From: Bacteroidales bacterium | Lineage (GTDB): Bacteria > Bacteroidota > Bacteroidia > Bacteroidales > Tenuifilaceae | Reading direction: 5' to 3' | DNA: 64,000 nucleotides | NCBI GenBank assembly: GCA_017454165.1 | Contig: JAFTDN010000023.1 | Coordinates: 4,325-68,324 of the forward strand | Part shown: piece after piece, positions 39,241 through 49,315 of the stretch | How positions within the stretch are numbered: position 1 is the stretch's first letter | Layout of the letters: each line of letters begins with the position of its first letter | Notes under the pieces: model-generated | Seen by the model: only the letters and a program-made list of their open reading frames with translations | The model's database searches: none | What the model was told of the DNA's origin: nothing | Position numbers and translations under genes: made by a program

Positions 39241-39411
39241 GATATATAATACTGTTTAATAACAAACTAGCATGTGATACATTGCTTTATAAGCAGCTTT
39301 AATAGACATAACGATATGTATATTAGCTATGTAATAGCTAAAACATATCATATTGGGCAGGTACTATCAATGGTGTAGCATAAGTTGGGTAGTACACAAT
39401 CGTATATGGCG

Positions 39412-40278
39412 TTAGTTTTCGTTCACCGTCAGATAGTCGGAGCCATCGGCATGGCGCACCCATTTCAGGTTGTGCTGGGCTAGCACTTCGGGCTGCCCAA
39501 AGCTAGGCCCTAGGTATGCGAAGTGGGCAAAATCGCTCACTATGCAGCGGAAAAATCCGTGCTTGGCCATGATGTCAAGGGCCTTGGCATGCCTGAGGGT
39601 GACGATGTCGAGGTCGATGGCGATGCCTAGGGTGTGGTGCGAGGTGCCAGGGGCCGCGCAGCTGGCGTAGAGCGGGCCTTTGTGCAGCTTGCCAAACATC
39701 ATGGGACTAGGGGAGTTGCGCTCCTGCCAGAATATAAGGGCGGCCTGGTCGATGTACTGGCCCCGGTGGCCCCAATCGGCAATGGCATTGAGCAGGCGGT
39801 GGGCGGCTGTGTCGGACAGGGGCCGCTGGGCGCGGTGGTGTGTCAGCTCACGTTCCATGCGGGCGAGCCAGATGCTGCGGGCATCGGCGTAGGAGCGGAA
39901 CACACCATCGGAGCCCCGGATTTTAAAGGGGATGCCCGCCGACCTGAGGTCGGCGATGGCCTGCTGGAGCTGTTTGGCCACAAGGGGTTGCAGGCGATGC
40001 TTGCGCCCCGAACCATCGAGGTCGAGCTCAACGAACGGGGTGCGCTGCCAAAATTCATCGTATTGCCGCTCGGAGAGCAGGAACAGCCCCTGCGGGATGC
40101 GCACCTGGCCGGTGGTGTCGGCATGGGCCATGGCAGGGATGCCGTACTGTTGGCCGAGGAAGCTGAGGAATTGCTCTTTGAGCACCTGGGGCTTCGGAGG
40201 TTGCGGAGGGGAGGGGGGAGCGGGCTCTGCTCGAGCTAGAATGAATCCTATGAGCACCCAACTAAACATTGTGTTCAT
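39412..40278 (-). CDS. M15/LAS-superfamily D-Ala-D-Ala carboxypeptidase-like (VanY-like) protein
   Basis: Signal/anchor followed by a Pro-rich linker. SHHTLGIAIDLD matches the SxHxxGxAxD metal-binding motif of VanY/M15B, with a downstream D.AHF. Confidence 0.6.
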   Translation of the reverse strand: MNTMFSWVLIGFILARAEPAPPSPPQPPKPQVLKEQFLSFLGQQYGIPAMAHADTTGQVRIPQGLFLLSERQYDEFWQRTPFVELDLDGSGRKHRLQPLVAKQLQQAIADLRSAGIPFKIRGSDGVFRSYADARSIWLARMERELTHHRAQRPLSDTAAHRLLNAIADWGHRGQYIDQAALIFWQERNSPSPMMFGKLHKGPLYASCAAPGTSHHTLGIAIDLDIVTLRHAKALDIMAKHGFFRCIVSDFAHFAYLGPSFGQPEVLAQHNLKWVRHADGSDYLTVNEN

Positions 40279-40426
40279 GATATATTTTATTGTTTATCAG
40301 GATGTTGATTGTGCTTATGTCGAAGTGCAACTGAGGTTATACCCCTGCTCAAAAATAGCACAAAAGGGCCGAAAATCCAAGCGCTGGGCGGACAAATTGC
40401 CGCTCCTATGGAGCCGGGCAGCTGGG

Positions 40427-41059
40427 TTATATGGCCACGAGCCCGGTTTTAACGGCAAAGCGGATTAGGTCGAGGTTTGAGCTCATGCCCAAACGTTGGC
40501 ATATGGCATCCTTGCAGCGGTTCACCATCTCGGGGCCGATGCCCAGCTTGGCGGCAATCTCCTTGGCTGTGAGCCCCTTTGAGCAGAGGGCCACCACATC
40601 CTGTTCGGTAGCGCTCAGCCCACTGGGGTCGAGCGAGTTGGCGATGCTCACGCCTTGTATAATCTTGGCCACATCTTGCCCAAAGTAGGTCAGCCCGCAC
40701 ATCACGGCCTCTATGGCCTGTTCGAGCCTGGCCGAAGGTTCCGATTTGGCGATGAAGCCATTGATCCCGAGCTCCACGAGCGTCTCGATGGTGCCCAGCG
40801 AGGTCTCCGATGACATGATCAGGATGCGCAGGTCGGGGTACATCTCACGCAGCCTGCGGCTGATCTCCACCCCGCTGATGTCGGGCAGCACGATGTCGAG
40901 CAGCACGATGTCGGGCATAACCGACCCGAGCAGGGTGAACAGCTCGTTGCCCGTTTCGGCCTCGCCCACCACGCTCACCGATGGGGAGCCGCCAAGAATG
41001 GCCTTGAGCCCCATGCGGAATAGCGGGTGGTCATCGACGATGATCACTTTGGTGTCCAT
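40427..41059 (-). CDS. response regulator, NarL/FixJ (LuxR-type HTH) family
   Basis: REC domain (IVDDHPLF, LLDIVLPD, K near the end), then LuxR HTH (LSATEQDVVALCSKGLTAKEIAAKLGI). No histidine kinase is adjacent. Confidence 0.9.
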   Translation of the reverse strand: MDTKVIIVDDHPLFRMGLKAILGGSPSVSVVGEAETGNELFTLLGSVMPDIVLLDIVLPDISGVEISRRLREMYPDLRILIMSSETSLGTIETLVELGINGFIAKSEPSARLEQAIEAVMCGLTYFGQDVAKIIQGVSIANSLDPSGLSATEQDVVALCSKGLTAKEIAAKLGIGPEMVNRCKDAICQRLGMSSNLDLIRFAVKTGLVAI

Positions 41060-41253
41060 GTTTTGGTGTTTAGGTCTCGTTTATACGATGGCGATGCGAA
41101 AACGTTACCCTTCGCTGCAGCTTTTGCAATTACGCAAAATATGCCTACCTTTGGGCACCTAATGCTCTGAAGCCCTATTGCATATAAAGTTTTTACTTTA
41201 AATGTGTGCGGTTAGTTCAGATAATAGCATGTAAATTGCTAAAACACATTGAC

Positions 41254-42276
41254 ATGTTCGTTGTAAATAAAATCACTATGCCCCCAGCCATCCCTATGGT
41301 GGCCGCAGCCCTCTGGGCCGTCCTCAGCATGGCGGCCTGCCGTACCAATGGCCCCCTACACACAGTGAGCGTTACGATACGCCCCGAACAGGCCGGTAAG
41401 GTGCACGGCATACGGGGCCAATTCGACGATAACACGGCAGTGCTAGAGGTGGAGGCCAACGATGGCTACGCATTCTACCGCTGGAGCGAGCAGAGCCGCA
41501 CCCTATCGACCAATCACGAGCTCAGGCTCGACCTTCCCCACGATCGTGCCATTGTTGTAGAATTTGTTGAAGTGATAGATGTTAATGGCATCAGCATCAA
41601 TATGGTAAGCATAGATGGCGGGGAGTTCGACATGGGGGCCCAGGCCGATAGCCCCTTGGGCACCAACTACGATCCATTGGCCACCAAATACGAGGTTCCC
41701 GTGCATAGAGTGAGGTTGGATAGCTACAAGATAGGCCAAACAGAGGTAACCCAACAGCTATGGCAGGCCGTGATGGGCAGCAACCCCAGCCATGTTAAGG
41801 GCGACAGGCTGCCCGTGGAGGGCGTGAGCTGGAACGACATAGTGAACGATTTTCTGCCAAAGCTCAATGCGCTCACTGGCAGGCGGTTCCGCCTGCCCAC
41901 CGAGGCCGAGTGGGAGTATGCTGCCAGGGGAGCGTCGCAAACGCGGGGGATGGTGCATCCGGGCAGCAGCAACCTGCGCGATGTGGCCTGGTTTGAGGCT
42001 AACAGCGAGAAGCGGTTGCAGCTGGTGGGCCAGCTGATGTCCAATGAGCTCGGGCTGTACGATATGTGCGGCAATGTGTGGGAGTGGTGCGCCGACTATT
42101 ATGCCCGCTACAGCGCCGATGCGCAGACCAACCCTGCTGGCCCCAGGAGCGGTAGCGAGCGGGTGCTGCGCGGAGGCAGTTGGTACAATGCGGCTACGCG
42201 CTGCCGCGTATCGGAGCGCGATAGCTACAGGCCCAACTACCGGTTCAACGATGTGGGGTTCAGGCTAGCGTTATGA
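41254..42276 (+). CDS. formylglycine-generating-enzyme (SUMF1) family protein with N-terminal Listeria-Bacteroides repeat; lipoprotein
   Basis: Lipobox LSMAAC. InlB B-repeat-like segment (VTIRPEQAGKVHG...ANDGYAFYRW). FGE-sulfatase motifs (VTQQLWQAVMG, PVEGVSWND, RLPTEAEWEYAARG, GNVWEWCADYY, RVLRGGSW). Confidence 0.8.
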   Translation: MFVVNKITMPPAIPMVAAALWAVLSMAACRTNGPLHTVSVTIRPEQAGKVHGIRGQFDDNTAVLEVEANDGYAFYRWSEQSRTLSTNHELRLDLPHDRAIVVEFVEVIDVNGISINMVSIDGGEFDMGAQADSPLGTNYDPLATKYEVPVHRVRLDSYKIGQTEVTQQLWQAVMGSNPSHVKGDRLPVEGVSWNDIVNDFLPKLNALTGRRFRLPTEAEWEYAARGASQTRGMVHPGSSNLRDVAWFEANSEKRLQLVGQLMSNELGLYDMCGNVWEWCADYYARYSADAQTNPAGPRSGSERVLRGGSWYNAATRCRVSERDSYRPNYRFNDVGFRLAL

Positions 42277-42356
42277 TTAAGGATAGGTGTATGCCATCGT
42301 TTGCCGATTCTCTGTGCGATGGAGCAGCGTAGAACGAGCAGACGGAACGCTATAAA

Positions 42357-42389
42357 GGAAAGAGGGGCGATAGATTCGCCCCTCTTTCC
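42357..42389. terminator. bidirectional hairpin: perfect 13-bp stem GGAAAGAGGGGCG / CGCCCCTCTTTCC with a 7-nt loop
   Basis: Read directly. It sits between the convergent stops at 42276 (+) and 42417 (-). Confidence 0.8.
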
Positions 42390-42416
42390 TTGGTTATTCA
42401 TATGAACGCGCAATCT

Positions 42417-45400
42417 CTACAGCTTCACCACCTTGGCGGTGGCCCCGCCTGCCTGCACTATGTAAACACCCGATGGCAGGCCTCCCAGATCGATGCGGGT
42501 TCGGCTGCCGATGGTGGTATACTGGCGAAGCACCAGCCGTCCGTTGGCTGTGTACACCTGCATCTCGACGGGCGATGAGCTTGCCGAGGTGCCGAATGGG
42601 GTGTCCACCCAAACATCGCCCGTGGTGGGGTTGGGGTAGAGCGTGAGGGCTATAGGCTGAAGCAGCTCTTGCTTCTCGATGCCGCTCACTGTACCCACCC
42701 AGCGGAAGCATACGCGTAGGGTGCGCGATTTGAGGACAGGGAAGGTATATTCGGCGCTGCGCGACACCGTATCGCGCCCTTCAATCCAAGCAACGAAGGT
42801 GTAGCCCGTGTTGGGCTGAGCCCGCAGGGTGAGCTGTTCGCCATGGCCATGCTGCTCGCGGAACTGTTGCTGCTCGTTCACCTGCCCGTCTTTGATGTTT
42901 GCCCCGCCATCGGTGCTGAGCACCACTATGTTGTACTGCGCTTGGGTGAAATGCGCCACCGCCGTGAGCGGCTCTGTGGCCTCAAAGCTATAGGAGGCCA
43001 ACGATGATACCTCAACGCCATTCACCACCCAGCTGCTGAAGCTGTAGCCAAAGTAGGGCGTGGCTATGAGGGTAACTGTTTGGCCGTGGCTGTACGAGCC
43101 TGTGCCCGAGGTGCGCCCGTGGGCTATGTCGGACACGTTGGCCCTGATGAAGTACGTCTGCGGGACGAATATGGCCTTTACGCTGACATCGCCCGTTACG
43201 GTGAAACGGTAGGTGGGGTTTATCGACACCATACGGCCCCCCATTTCCCAGCCTAGGAATAGGTTGTGGGCTGCGGGGGTGGCGTTCAGTGTTGCCAGCT
43301 CTCCATAGGTGTAGGAGTTGCCTCCGGTTACGTCGCCCATGCCATCCACGTCAACGGTAACTATGCATGGAGCAGTGGAGCAGCGTAGGGTCAGACTGCG
43401 GTTCACGGTGGCCACGAACTCGTATATGTTCGAGGTGGATACCTCGGTGGCCCCTTCGAGCCATGCCTCCACCCTATAGCCCTTGTTGGGCATGGCCGAT
43501 AAACGCACGGTCTCCCCGAAGCTGTAGCTGCTCTGTAGTCCGACCACCGAGCCGTTCTCAACTAGTACGGTGATGTATACCTTGTCGGTTTTGTCGATGC
43601 TCAGCGGGACTATTCTCACGGGCAGGCCGCCATGTTTGAGCACCAGCGTGTCGGCACCTGAGGCTTGAGGTGTGGCCTTGCCTGCCACGGCAAGGTCGAC
43701 AAGTGCCGTAGTGCTGCTCCATGTAGCTCCTGGGGTTAAATCGATGGCCTGCGACACCCGCGCTACGGTTTCGTTCGGATTGAGCATGATGGGGGTTGCT
43801 GCGGCCACGATATGCTCCATGTCCTCCACCGCCATCAGTTCGAGCATGGGGTACTGTTCGGAAGCGGTGTGCCAGATGCGCTTGTCGAGCATCACCTGGG
43901 CATCGAGCCCTAGCAGGCTGGCCGTGGGTAGACCTACGATTCCTTCGGCATCGGTATCGTTTTGGCCCCGAACGGTGCTCAGCTGGCTGTCATAGTAGCA
44001 CATGCTGATGGTGGGTGCTGCGTAAACCGATGAGGAGGAGTACATCTGGCCCACAACGGCTCCGCTATACCATTCGCTGCTCACGGAACCCACGTTCAGG
44101 CACGAGTCCACACCACCAGCTAGGGCTACAAAACCGCAGATACCGCCAGCATATGAGCCGTTGGCCCTTACCAAACTGGCGTTGAAGCAGTTGTTCAGGA
44201 TGGAGTTCACCACGCTATAGCCACAGATGCCACCTGCCTGCGAACCATCTGCCACCACTACGCCCGAGCTGGCGCAAGCGGTAATAGCGGTGCTATTCAT
44301 GGCGTAGCCGCAGATGCCGCCAGCTGCAAATTCGCTGGCCCGTATGCTGCCCACATTCGAACAGCTGTGTATGATGGAGTTCTGCGCCATGCCGCAGATG
44401 GCCCCCACGTTGCTACGGGCGCTGATGTTGGTGCCCACCATGGTGAGCTTCTCCACGCGAGCATTTACCACGTAGCCGAATAGCCCCATGTTTTCGCTGC
44501 TTGGGTCATCGATGCTGAGGTCCGTTATGGTGTGGAGGCCACCGTTGAACGCCCCTTTGAATGGAGAGCTGATGTGGCCGATAGGCTCCCAGTTGGGTTC
44601 AGCCGATAGGTCAATGTCGGCATCGAGCCTGAAGTATTTGCCTTCGGCACCATTGGCCATGTCGATGCCCTTGAAGGTTCCCGAGCCGGCGTTCACCGCA
44701 TTGCGGAAGTCCTTGAGCTCGGCCAGCGAGCTGATGCTCACTGGGTTGAACTCCGATCCCGCAGGGGCGCTGCTCGCATCGATAAACTCCAGCCATAGCT
44801 CGGTGTTCTCGGTTAGGCGTAGCCTAAATGTGGGCTCGGTGCTGAGCACTTTGCCGCTGGCATCTTTCCAGCATTTGAAGAGGAAGCCCGAGCTGGGCAT
44901 GGCCTGTAGCGTTATGATGGTGCCCGCTATGTAGGTGTCGGCTGGGTCGAAGCCCGATGCTGTGCCGTTTCCATCATCGTGCACGGTGATGGCGTAGCGC
45001 GGGGCCTCGAATATGGCCACGCACACCACGTTATCGGCAAGTGGTGGTAGCTTGTAGGAGGTCTCGGTGCTGACTGATAGCCCATTCACCAACCACTCCT
45101 TGAAAGTGTAGCCGGGTTGCGGGGTGGCCTCGATGATGACCTCGGTGTTTTCGAGGTAGTTGCCCCCTCCCGTAACCACGCCTCCCGCTGCAGGATCGGC
45201 GCTCACGGTGACTGTGTATGAAGGGATGAGCTCGAATTTGGCCACCCAGTTTACATTGTCCGTTATGTTGAACGTGTACTCTCTGTCGGTGCTCACCGTG
45301 GCGAGGCTGTTGTCGGCATCGAGCCAGCTGACGAAGCGGTAGCCCGTGTTGGCTGTGGCCACCACGGTAACGGGGGTGCTCTGTGCGTAGGAACCATCGC

Positions 45401-46673
45401 CCGTAACCACGCCTCCCGCTGCGGGGTCGGCGCTGAGGGTTACGGTATAGGTGGGGGCCAGCTTGAATCGGGCCTCTAGAGTACGGCTGGCGGTTACGGT
45501 GAAGCTGTAGGCCATGTCGGTGCTCTGGAGCACATCGCTTTCGAACCAACCCTCGAATAGGTAGCCGGGGTTGGGATTGGCCTCGGCGGTGGCGGTGGTG
45601 CCCTCGGTGTAGATGCCCGATCCGGTAACTGTGCCGCCCTCGGTAGGCTCGGTGCTCAGGTTGATGGTGTGCTGGGGTAGCGTGGTGGGTTCAAATATGG
45701 CCACGTAGTTGACATTGGCGGCTATGCTGGCTATGGTGTAGCTCGGGCTGGTGCTCACCTCGGCGTTGCCGTTGTCGGCATCTGCCCAGTGCACGAAGCT
45801 GTAGTTTGGATTTGGGGTGGCGGAGATTAGCACATTGGTGCCTTCAGTGTAGGTGCCGTTGCCGCTCACAGCGCCGCCCTCGGCGGGTTCGGCGGAGAGG
45901 GTTACGGAGAAAGAGGCGATGGGCTCAAACTCGGCCACGAGGGTACGGTTGGCGGTAAGGGTGAAGCTATAGGCAGCATCGTTCGAAACCCCGCTACCAC
46001 TCTCGGTCCATCGCACGAAGCGGAAGTTAGGGTTGGCTGTGGCCGTGGCCGTAACGTTGTCGCCATCGAGGTAGGTTCCATCGCCGCTGACGGTGCCGCC
46101 CTCAGCGGGGCTGGCGCTCAGGCTGAGCGAGAGCTGCTGCACGAACACAGCGGTGTAGCTCACATTCTCAATAAGGCTGAAGGTGTAAGGGTTTTCTGTT
46201 GCGCCGATGGGGGCCCAATGCTTGAAAGCCCACCCCGTGTTGGCTGTGGCCTCAATGGTTATGCTGGTGCCCCTGTCGAAGGTTCCCGTGCCGGTAATAC
46301 TTGGGGTGGCAGTAATGGTGCCGCCCTCGGTGGAGCTGGGGGCCAAGGTTACGGAGAACTGCTCGGTGGCCGATTTGGTTTTGAACCTTGCCATTAGGTC
46401 GTAATCCTTGTCAATGTTGAAGGTGTAGATAGGGTCGGTTGAAAATTGGGCATTCGCTGTTTTGTCCCACCAGTCTACGAATTCGTTGTCGCCAATGGGA
46501 GAGGCGGTTATGGTAACCATCTCCCCTGCGCTGTATTGGGTTTTCGAAGGGCTTTTGGTGGCATTCCCTTTGCTCGGATCATTTGTGCTAACAGTCAGGC
46601 TGTACTCAGCTTGGCCCAGGGCAGCCCCAACCGTTCCGAACAGCAGAGCTAATACGAACAAGATCTTTCTCAT
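42417..46673 (-). CDS. 1418-aa cell-surface protein: about a dozen Listeria-Bacteroides (InlB B-type) repeats, central GLUG-motif region, T9SS C-terminal sorting domain
   Basis: Signal peptide. About 70-75-aa units recur (..TV..S..P..GG.VTG.G.Y..GT.VT..A.PN.GY.F..W). The central region has repeated AGGICG(Y/F) (GLUG-like). The C-terminus LTLYPNPTTGDVWV...LPSGVYIVQAGGATAKVVKL is a T9SS CTD. Confidence 0.85.
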   Translation of the reverse strand: MRKILFVLALLFGTVGAALGQAEYSLTVSTNDPSKGNATKSPSKTQYSAGEMVTITASPIGDNEFVDWWDKTANAQFSTDPIYTFNIDKDYDLMARFKTKSATEQFSVTLAPSSTEGGTITATPSITGTGTFDRGTSITIEATANTGWAFKHWAPIGATENPYTFSLIENVSYTAVFVQQLSLSLSASPAEGGTVSGDGTYLDGDNVTATATANPNFRFVRWTESGSGVSNDAAYSFTLTANRTLVAEFEPIASFSVTLSAEPAEGGAVSGNGTYTEGTNVLISATPNPNYSFVHWADADNGNAEVSTSPSYTIASIAANVNYVAIFEPTTLPQHTINLSTEPTEGGTVTGSGIYTEGTTATAEANPNPGYLFEGWFESDVLQSTDMAYSFTVTASRTLEARFKLAPTYTVTLSADPAAGGVVTGDGSYAQSTPVTVVATANTGYRFVSWLDADNSLATVSTDREYTFNITDNVNWVAKFELIPSYTVTVSADPAAGGVVTGGGNYLENTEVIIEATPQPGYTFKEWLVNGLSVSTETSYKLPPLADNVVCVAIFEAPRYAITVHDDGNGTASGFDPADTYIAGTIITLQAMPSSGFLFKCWKDASGKVLSTEPTFRLRLTENTELWLEFIDASSAPAGSEFNPVSISSLAELKDFRNAVNAGSGTFKGIDMANGAEGKYFRLDADIDLSAEPNWEPIGHISSPFKGAFNGGLHTITDLSIDDPSSENMGLFGYVVNARVEKLTMVGTNISARSNVGAICGMAQNSIIHSCSNVGSIRASEFAAGGICGYAMNSTAITACASSGVVVADGSQAGGICGYSVVNSILNNCFNASLVRANGSYAGGICGFVALAGGVDSCLNVGSVSSEWYSGAVVGQMYSSSSVYAAPTISMCYYDSQLSTVRGQNDTDAEGIVGLPTASLLGLDAQVMLDKRIWHTASEQYPMLELMAVEDMEHIVAAATPIMLNPNETVARVSQAIDLTPGATWSSTTALVDLAVAGKATPQASGADTLVLKHGGLPVRIVPLSIDKTDKVYITVLVENGSVVGLQSSYSFGETVRLSAMPNKGYRVEAWLEGATEVSTSNIYEFVATVNRSLTLRCSTAPCIVTVDVDGMGDVTGGNSYTYGELATLNATPAAHNLFLGWEMGGRMVSINPTYRFTVTGDVSVKAIFVPQTYFIRANVSDIAHGRTSGTGSYSHGQTVTLIATPYFGYSFSSWVVNGVEVSSLASYSFEATEPLTAVAHFTQAQYNIVVLSTDGGANIKDGQVNEQQQFREQHGHGEQLTLRAQPNTGYTFVAWIEGRDTVSRSAEYTFPVLKSRTLRVCFRWVGTVSGIEKQELLQPIALTLYPNPTTGDVWVDTPFGTSASSSPVEMQVYTANGRLVLRQYTTIGSRTRIDLGGLPSGVYIVQAGGATAKVVKL

Positions 46674-46819
46674 GGCCTATTACTCGTTTAAGTTATGCAA
46701 ACAATGAACTTGCGCTAGGTTTAAAATTGGGCGCAAGTATTATGTGTTTAAACCACTTAAGCGGCCTATAGGTTACAGTTTGGCCTAATATTTGGGTGCT
46801 AGTATGGCACAAAAAGCGT

Positions 46820-46827
46820 TACTTTTG
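46820..46827 (+). promoter_or_regulatory. -7 promoter box TACTTTTG upstream of the AsmA-like gene
   Basis: Exact TAnnTTTG match 29 nt upstream of ATG 46856. Confidence 0.45.
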
Positions 46828-46855
46828 CGCTAATAAAGGCCCATAGCATCAGCCC

Positions 46856-49285
46856 ATGTTCACCTTTCGGTATTTTATCAAAGTATTCATAATCACCACA
46901 ATAAGCATATTGATGCTCCTTGTGGGGCTCATGGGCTTGGTGGTGATGCAGCGGCAGAAGATTGCTGACCGGTTGCTGCTCGCGCTCAGCGAGCAGGTGT
47001 CCATCCCGCTTTCGCACACATCGTTCGATTTCAGCCTAGCCAAGAGCTTCCCATTGGCCTCCATGGTGCTCAATAATGCTGTTGTAATGTATCCAAATTC
47101 AGATACTGATACATTATTGTGTATAAATGAATTATCTGTTGCATTTAATCTAATAAATACGATAAATAGAGATTATAGAATAAAGGCAATCAAGCTGAAT
47201 GGTGGATTTGTGAAGTTAAAGAGCGCCCGTTTGCGGCAGCTGAGCGGCCAGCTTGGCATGGGGCAGGGAACGGCTCCCCGAACGCCTGACAGCACCAAAA
47301 TACAGTTCGACCACATCGCCATAAGCGGCCTGCTCCTTTCTCATTTCGACAATAGCGATAGGTTGAGCAATAAAGTTCTTATAGATAAAACACATGTAAA
47401 CTTAAAATTAGATAATGAAACAGTATATTTTCATTTAAAAGGAATAGCACAAATAATTGTTCCACAATGCTCTATATCTGATAATCCTTTAAATATAGAG
47501 GCCGCCATTACAAAACATGGTAGGCAGTGGAATATCGGGGCGCTGAACGTTGCGCACAGGCATATAGCGTTACGCACCAGCGGGCGCTACATCGACCAAA
47601 GTTTGATGCTACAATTTGCCTCCAACACATTTAAAGCCAAACGATTGGCCCACATGCTGGGCATCAATGGAGTTGAGGGGGGGAGCTGTCGGGCCAATGG
47701 GCGGCTGAGCTACCTATTCGACAGCGGCACGTTCGGCCCGGTGTCCGTGAGGCACAGCAGCCGCAATCTAGTGGTGAAAGTTGGCGATGAAAAGCTGCAC
47801 ATAGACGAGCTGGATGGGCACAGCACCCTGTCGGATAACTTTAAGCAGCACAGCAGCCATATAGAGCGCATCGCGATGCGTCTAGACGGAGCCAGCGCCC
47901 AGGGCAGTATGCGCCTGAAAGGGCTCAAGCGGATGGCGTTGCTGGCCGACATGGAGCTCAACGCGCCGGGCATTCCCATGGTGGAGCTGCCAGGCTGGGC
48001 GCTCAGCGCCCATGGCCATGCCAAAGCGCTGGCCCGGCTCGACCTGAGCGCCCCCGACTGCCCGCAGCTGGAGGTGAGGGCGGTCGGGGGCCAACTACAG
48101 GTGGACATCCCCAAGAACCCGCTGCTTCCATCGCTCTCTCACATGCGGGCCACGGCCACGCTGGGCCGCCACATACAGGTGGAGGCCCAAGGGGTGCTAC
48201 AGGGTAGCCCCGTAACCGCCACAGCCCTGATGTACAACACGCAACGCATCATCAACACGGGGCAGGTCTCCCGCATCGAGACGTCGATCGCCTGCCGCAC
48301 CCTCAATTTAGGCGGACTACTCGATGAGATTGAGCGCATAGAGCGCAGCGATGACAAAAAAAATAATATGCAATATGTTATTAATTATAATGTAGATACG
48401 CTTTTATTTATGAATAAAACTATCAAGCATGTAACGGGCCGCCTCTACGAACGGCACGACACCCTCTACGCCGATAGGCTGAGGGGGGAGATGTACTCGG
48501 GCATGCTGGCCGGAGATGTGGCCATGCACAACGGACGCTTCAACATCGATGGTAGGCTTCAGCAGATGGACGTGGCGGTGCTGTTCGCCGACAATCAAAA
48601 CTTTAATCAGCAGATAGTTACCTCCAGCAACATCAGCGGCAGGCTCAACGCCAGGCTGCGGCTACATTTCGCCAGCCACGAGGAGCCCCCAGGTATCGAC
48701 CCCAACTCCTTGCGCCTAGCCGCCGATGTGGAGCTGCTCCAAGGTAAACTTAGCGGAATGGACAAAATAAAACAGTTAGATAAATGGTTGAACCTCAGTG
48801 CTGTTAAGTCTATCGACTTTAATACGATGCATAATACGATAGTTATTGACACTGGCTGGGTGCAGATCCCCTCGATGAGCATAAGCTCCAACGTGCTGAA
48901 CATCACGCTAGACGGCGCGCACTCATTTCAGGGCAGCTTCGACTACCACGTGCGCCTCAATTTGGCCCAGCTGCTGGCCAACCGATTCATGAATAAAAGC
49001 GGCGCAGCGGACTTTGATCGGCAGAGCGATAACGGCATACATATCAACTTGATAATCAGCGGAGATAGCAGTGGTTATCAAATCAAACGAGATAGAGCTA
49101 GGGCGAAACAGCATTTGCGCGCCGAGGTGGAAAAGGAGCGCGCTCAGCTCCGCAACGTGGTGCTGGAGGAATTCGGGCGCAAGCGCGACACCATAGCACC
49201 AGCCCGCGATACGGCCAAGGCCGCGCCGAAACCCACGCAGAACACGGGCTACCGCGTGGTTTGGGACGACGATGAGGAAGAGTAG
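46856..49285 (+). CDS. AsmA-family outer-membrane biogenesis protein
   Basis: N-terminal TM anchor, then a long beta-rich periplasmic region. The C-terminal region (ITLDGAHSFQGSFDYHVRLNL) resembles the AsmA/TamB C-terminal module. The call rests on architecture only. Confidence 0.6.
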   Translation: MFTFRYFIKVFIITTISILMLLVGLMGLVVMQRQKIADRLLLALSEQVSIPLSHTSFDFSLAKSFPLASMVLNNAVVMYPNSDTDTLLCINELSVAFNLINTINRDYRIKAIKLNGGFVKLKSARLRQLSGQLGMGQGTAPRTPDSTKIQFDHIAISGLLLSHFDNSDRLSNKVLIDKTHVNLKLDNETVYFHLKGIAQIIVPQCSISDNPLNIEAAITKHGRQWNIGALNVAHRHIALRTSGRYIDQSLMLQFASNTFKAKRLAHMLGINGVEGGSCRANGRLSYLFDSGTFGPVSVRHSSRNLVVKVGDEKLHIDELDGHSTLSDNFKQHSSHIERIAMRLDGASAQGSMRLKGLKRMALLADMELNAPGIPMVELPGWALSAHGHAKALARLDLSAPDCPQLEVRAVGGQLQVDIPKNPLLPSLSHMRATATLGRHIQVEAQGVLQGSPVTATALMYNTQRIINTGQVSRIETSIACRTLNLGGLLDEIERIERSDDKKNNMQYVINYNVDTLLFMNKTIKHVTGRLYERHDTLYADRLRGEMYSGMLAGDVAMHNGRFNIDGRLQQMDVAVLFADNQNFNQQIVTSSNISGRLNARLRLHFASHEEPPGIDPNSLRLAADVELLQGKLSGMDKIKQLDKWLNLSAVKSIDFNTMHNTIVIDTGWVQIPSMSISSNVLNITLDGAHSFQGSFDYHVRLNLAQLLANRFMNKSGAADFDRQSDNGIHINLIISGDSSGYQIKRDRARAKQHLRAEVEKERAQLRNVVLEEFGRKRDTIAPARDTAKAAPKPTQNTGYRVVWDDDEEE

Positions 49286-49303
49286 GAGGCTCCCATTTTT
49301 CGC

Positions 49304-49311
49304 TATATTTG
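49304..49311 (+). promoter_or_regulatory. -7 promoter box TATATTTG, 4 nt upstream of the topB ATG
   Basis: Exact TAnnTTTG match. The context CATTTTTCGCTATATTTGC closely resembles the box at 1245. Confidence 0.5.
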
Positions 49312-49315
49312 CAGC

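Noticed and set aside
42417-46673. Repeat variability in the surface proteins as a diversity-generating retroelement target.
   Set aside because: There is no reverse transcriptase, template repeat or adenine-specific mismatch pattern anywhere in the window. The repeats are ordinary domain arrays.
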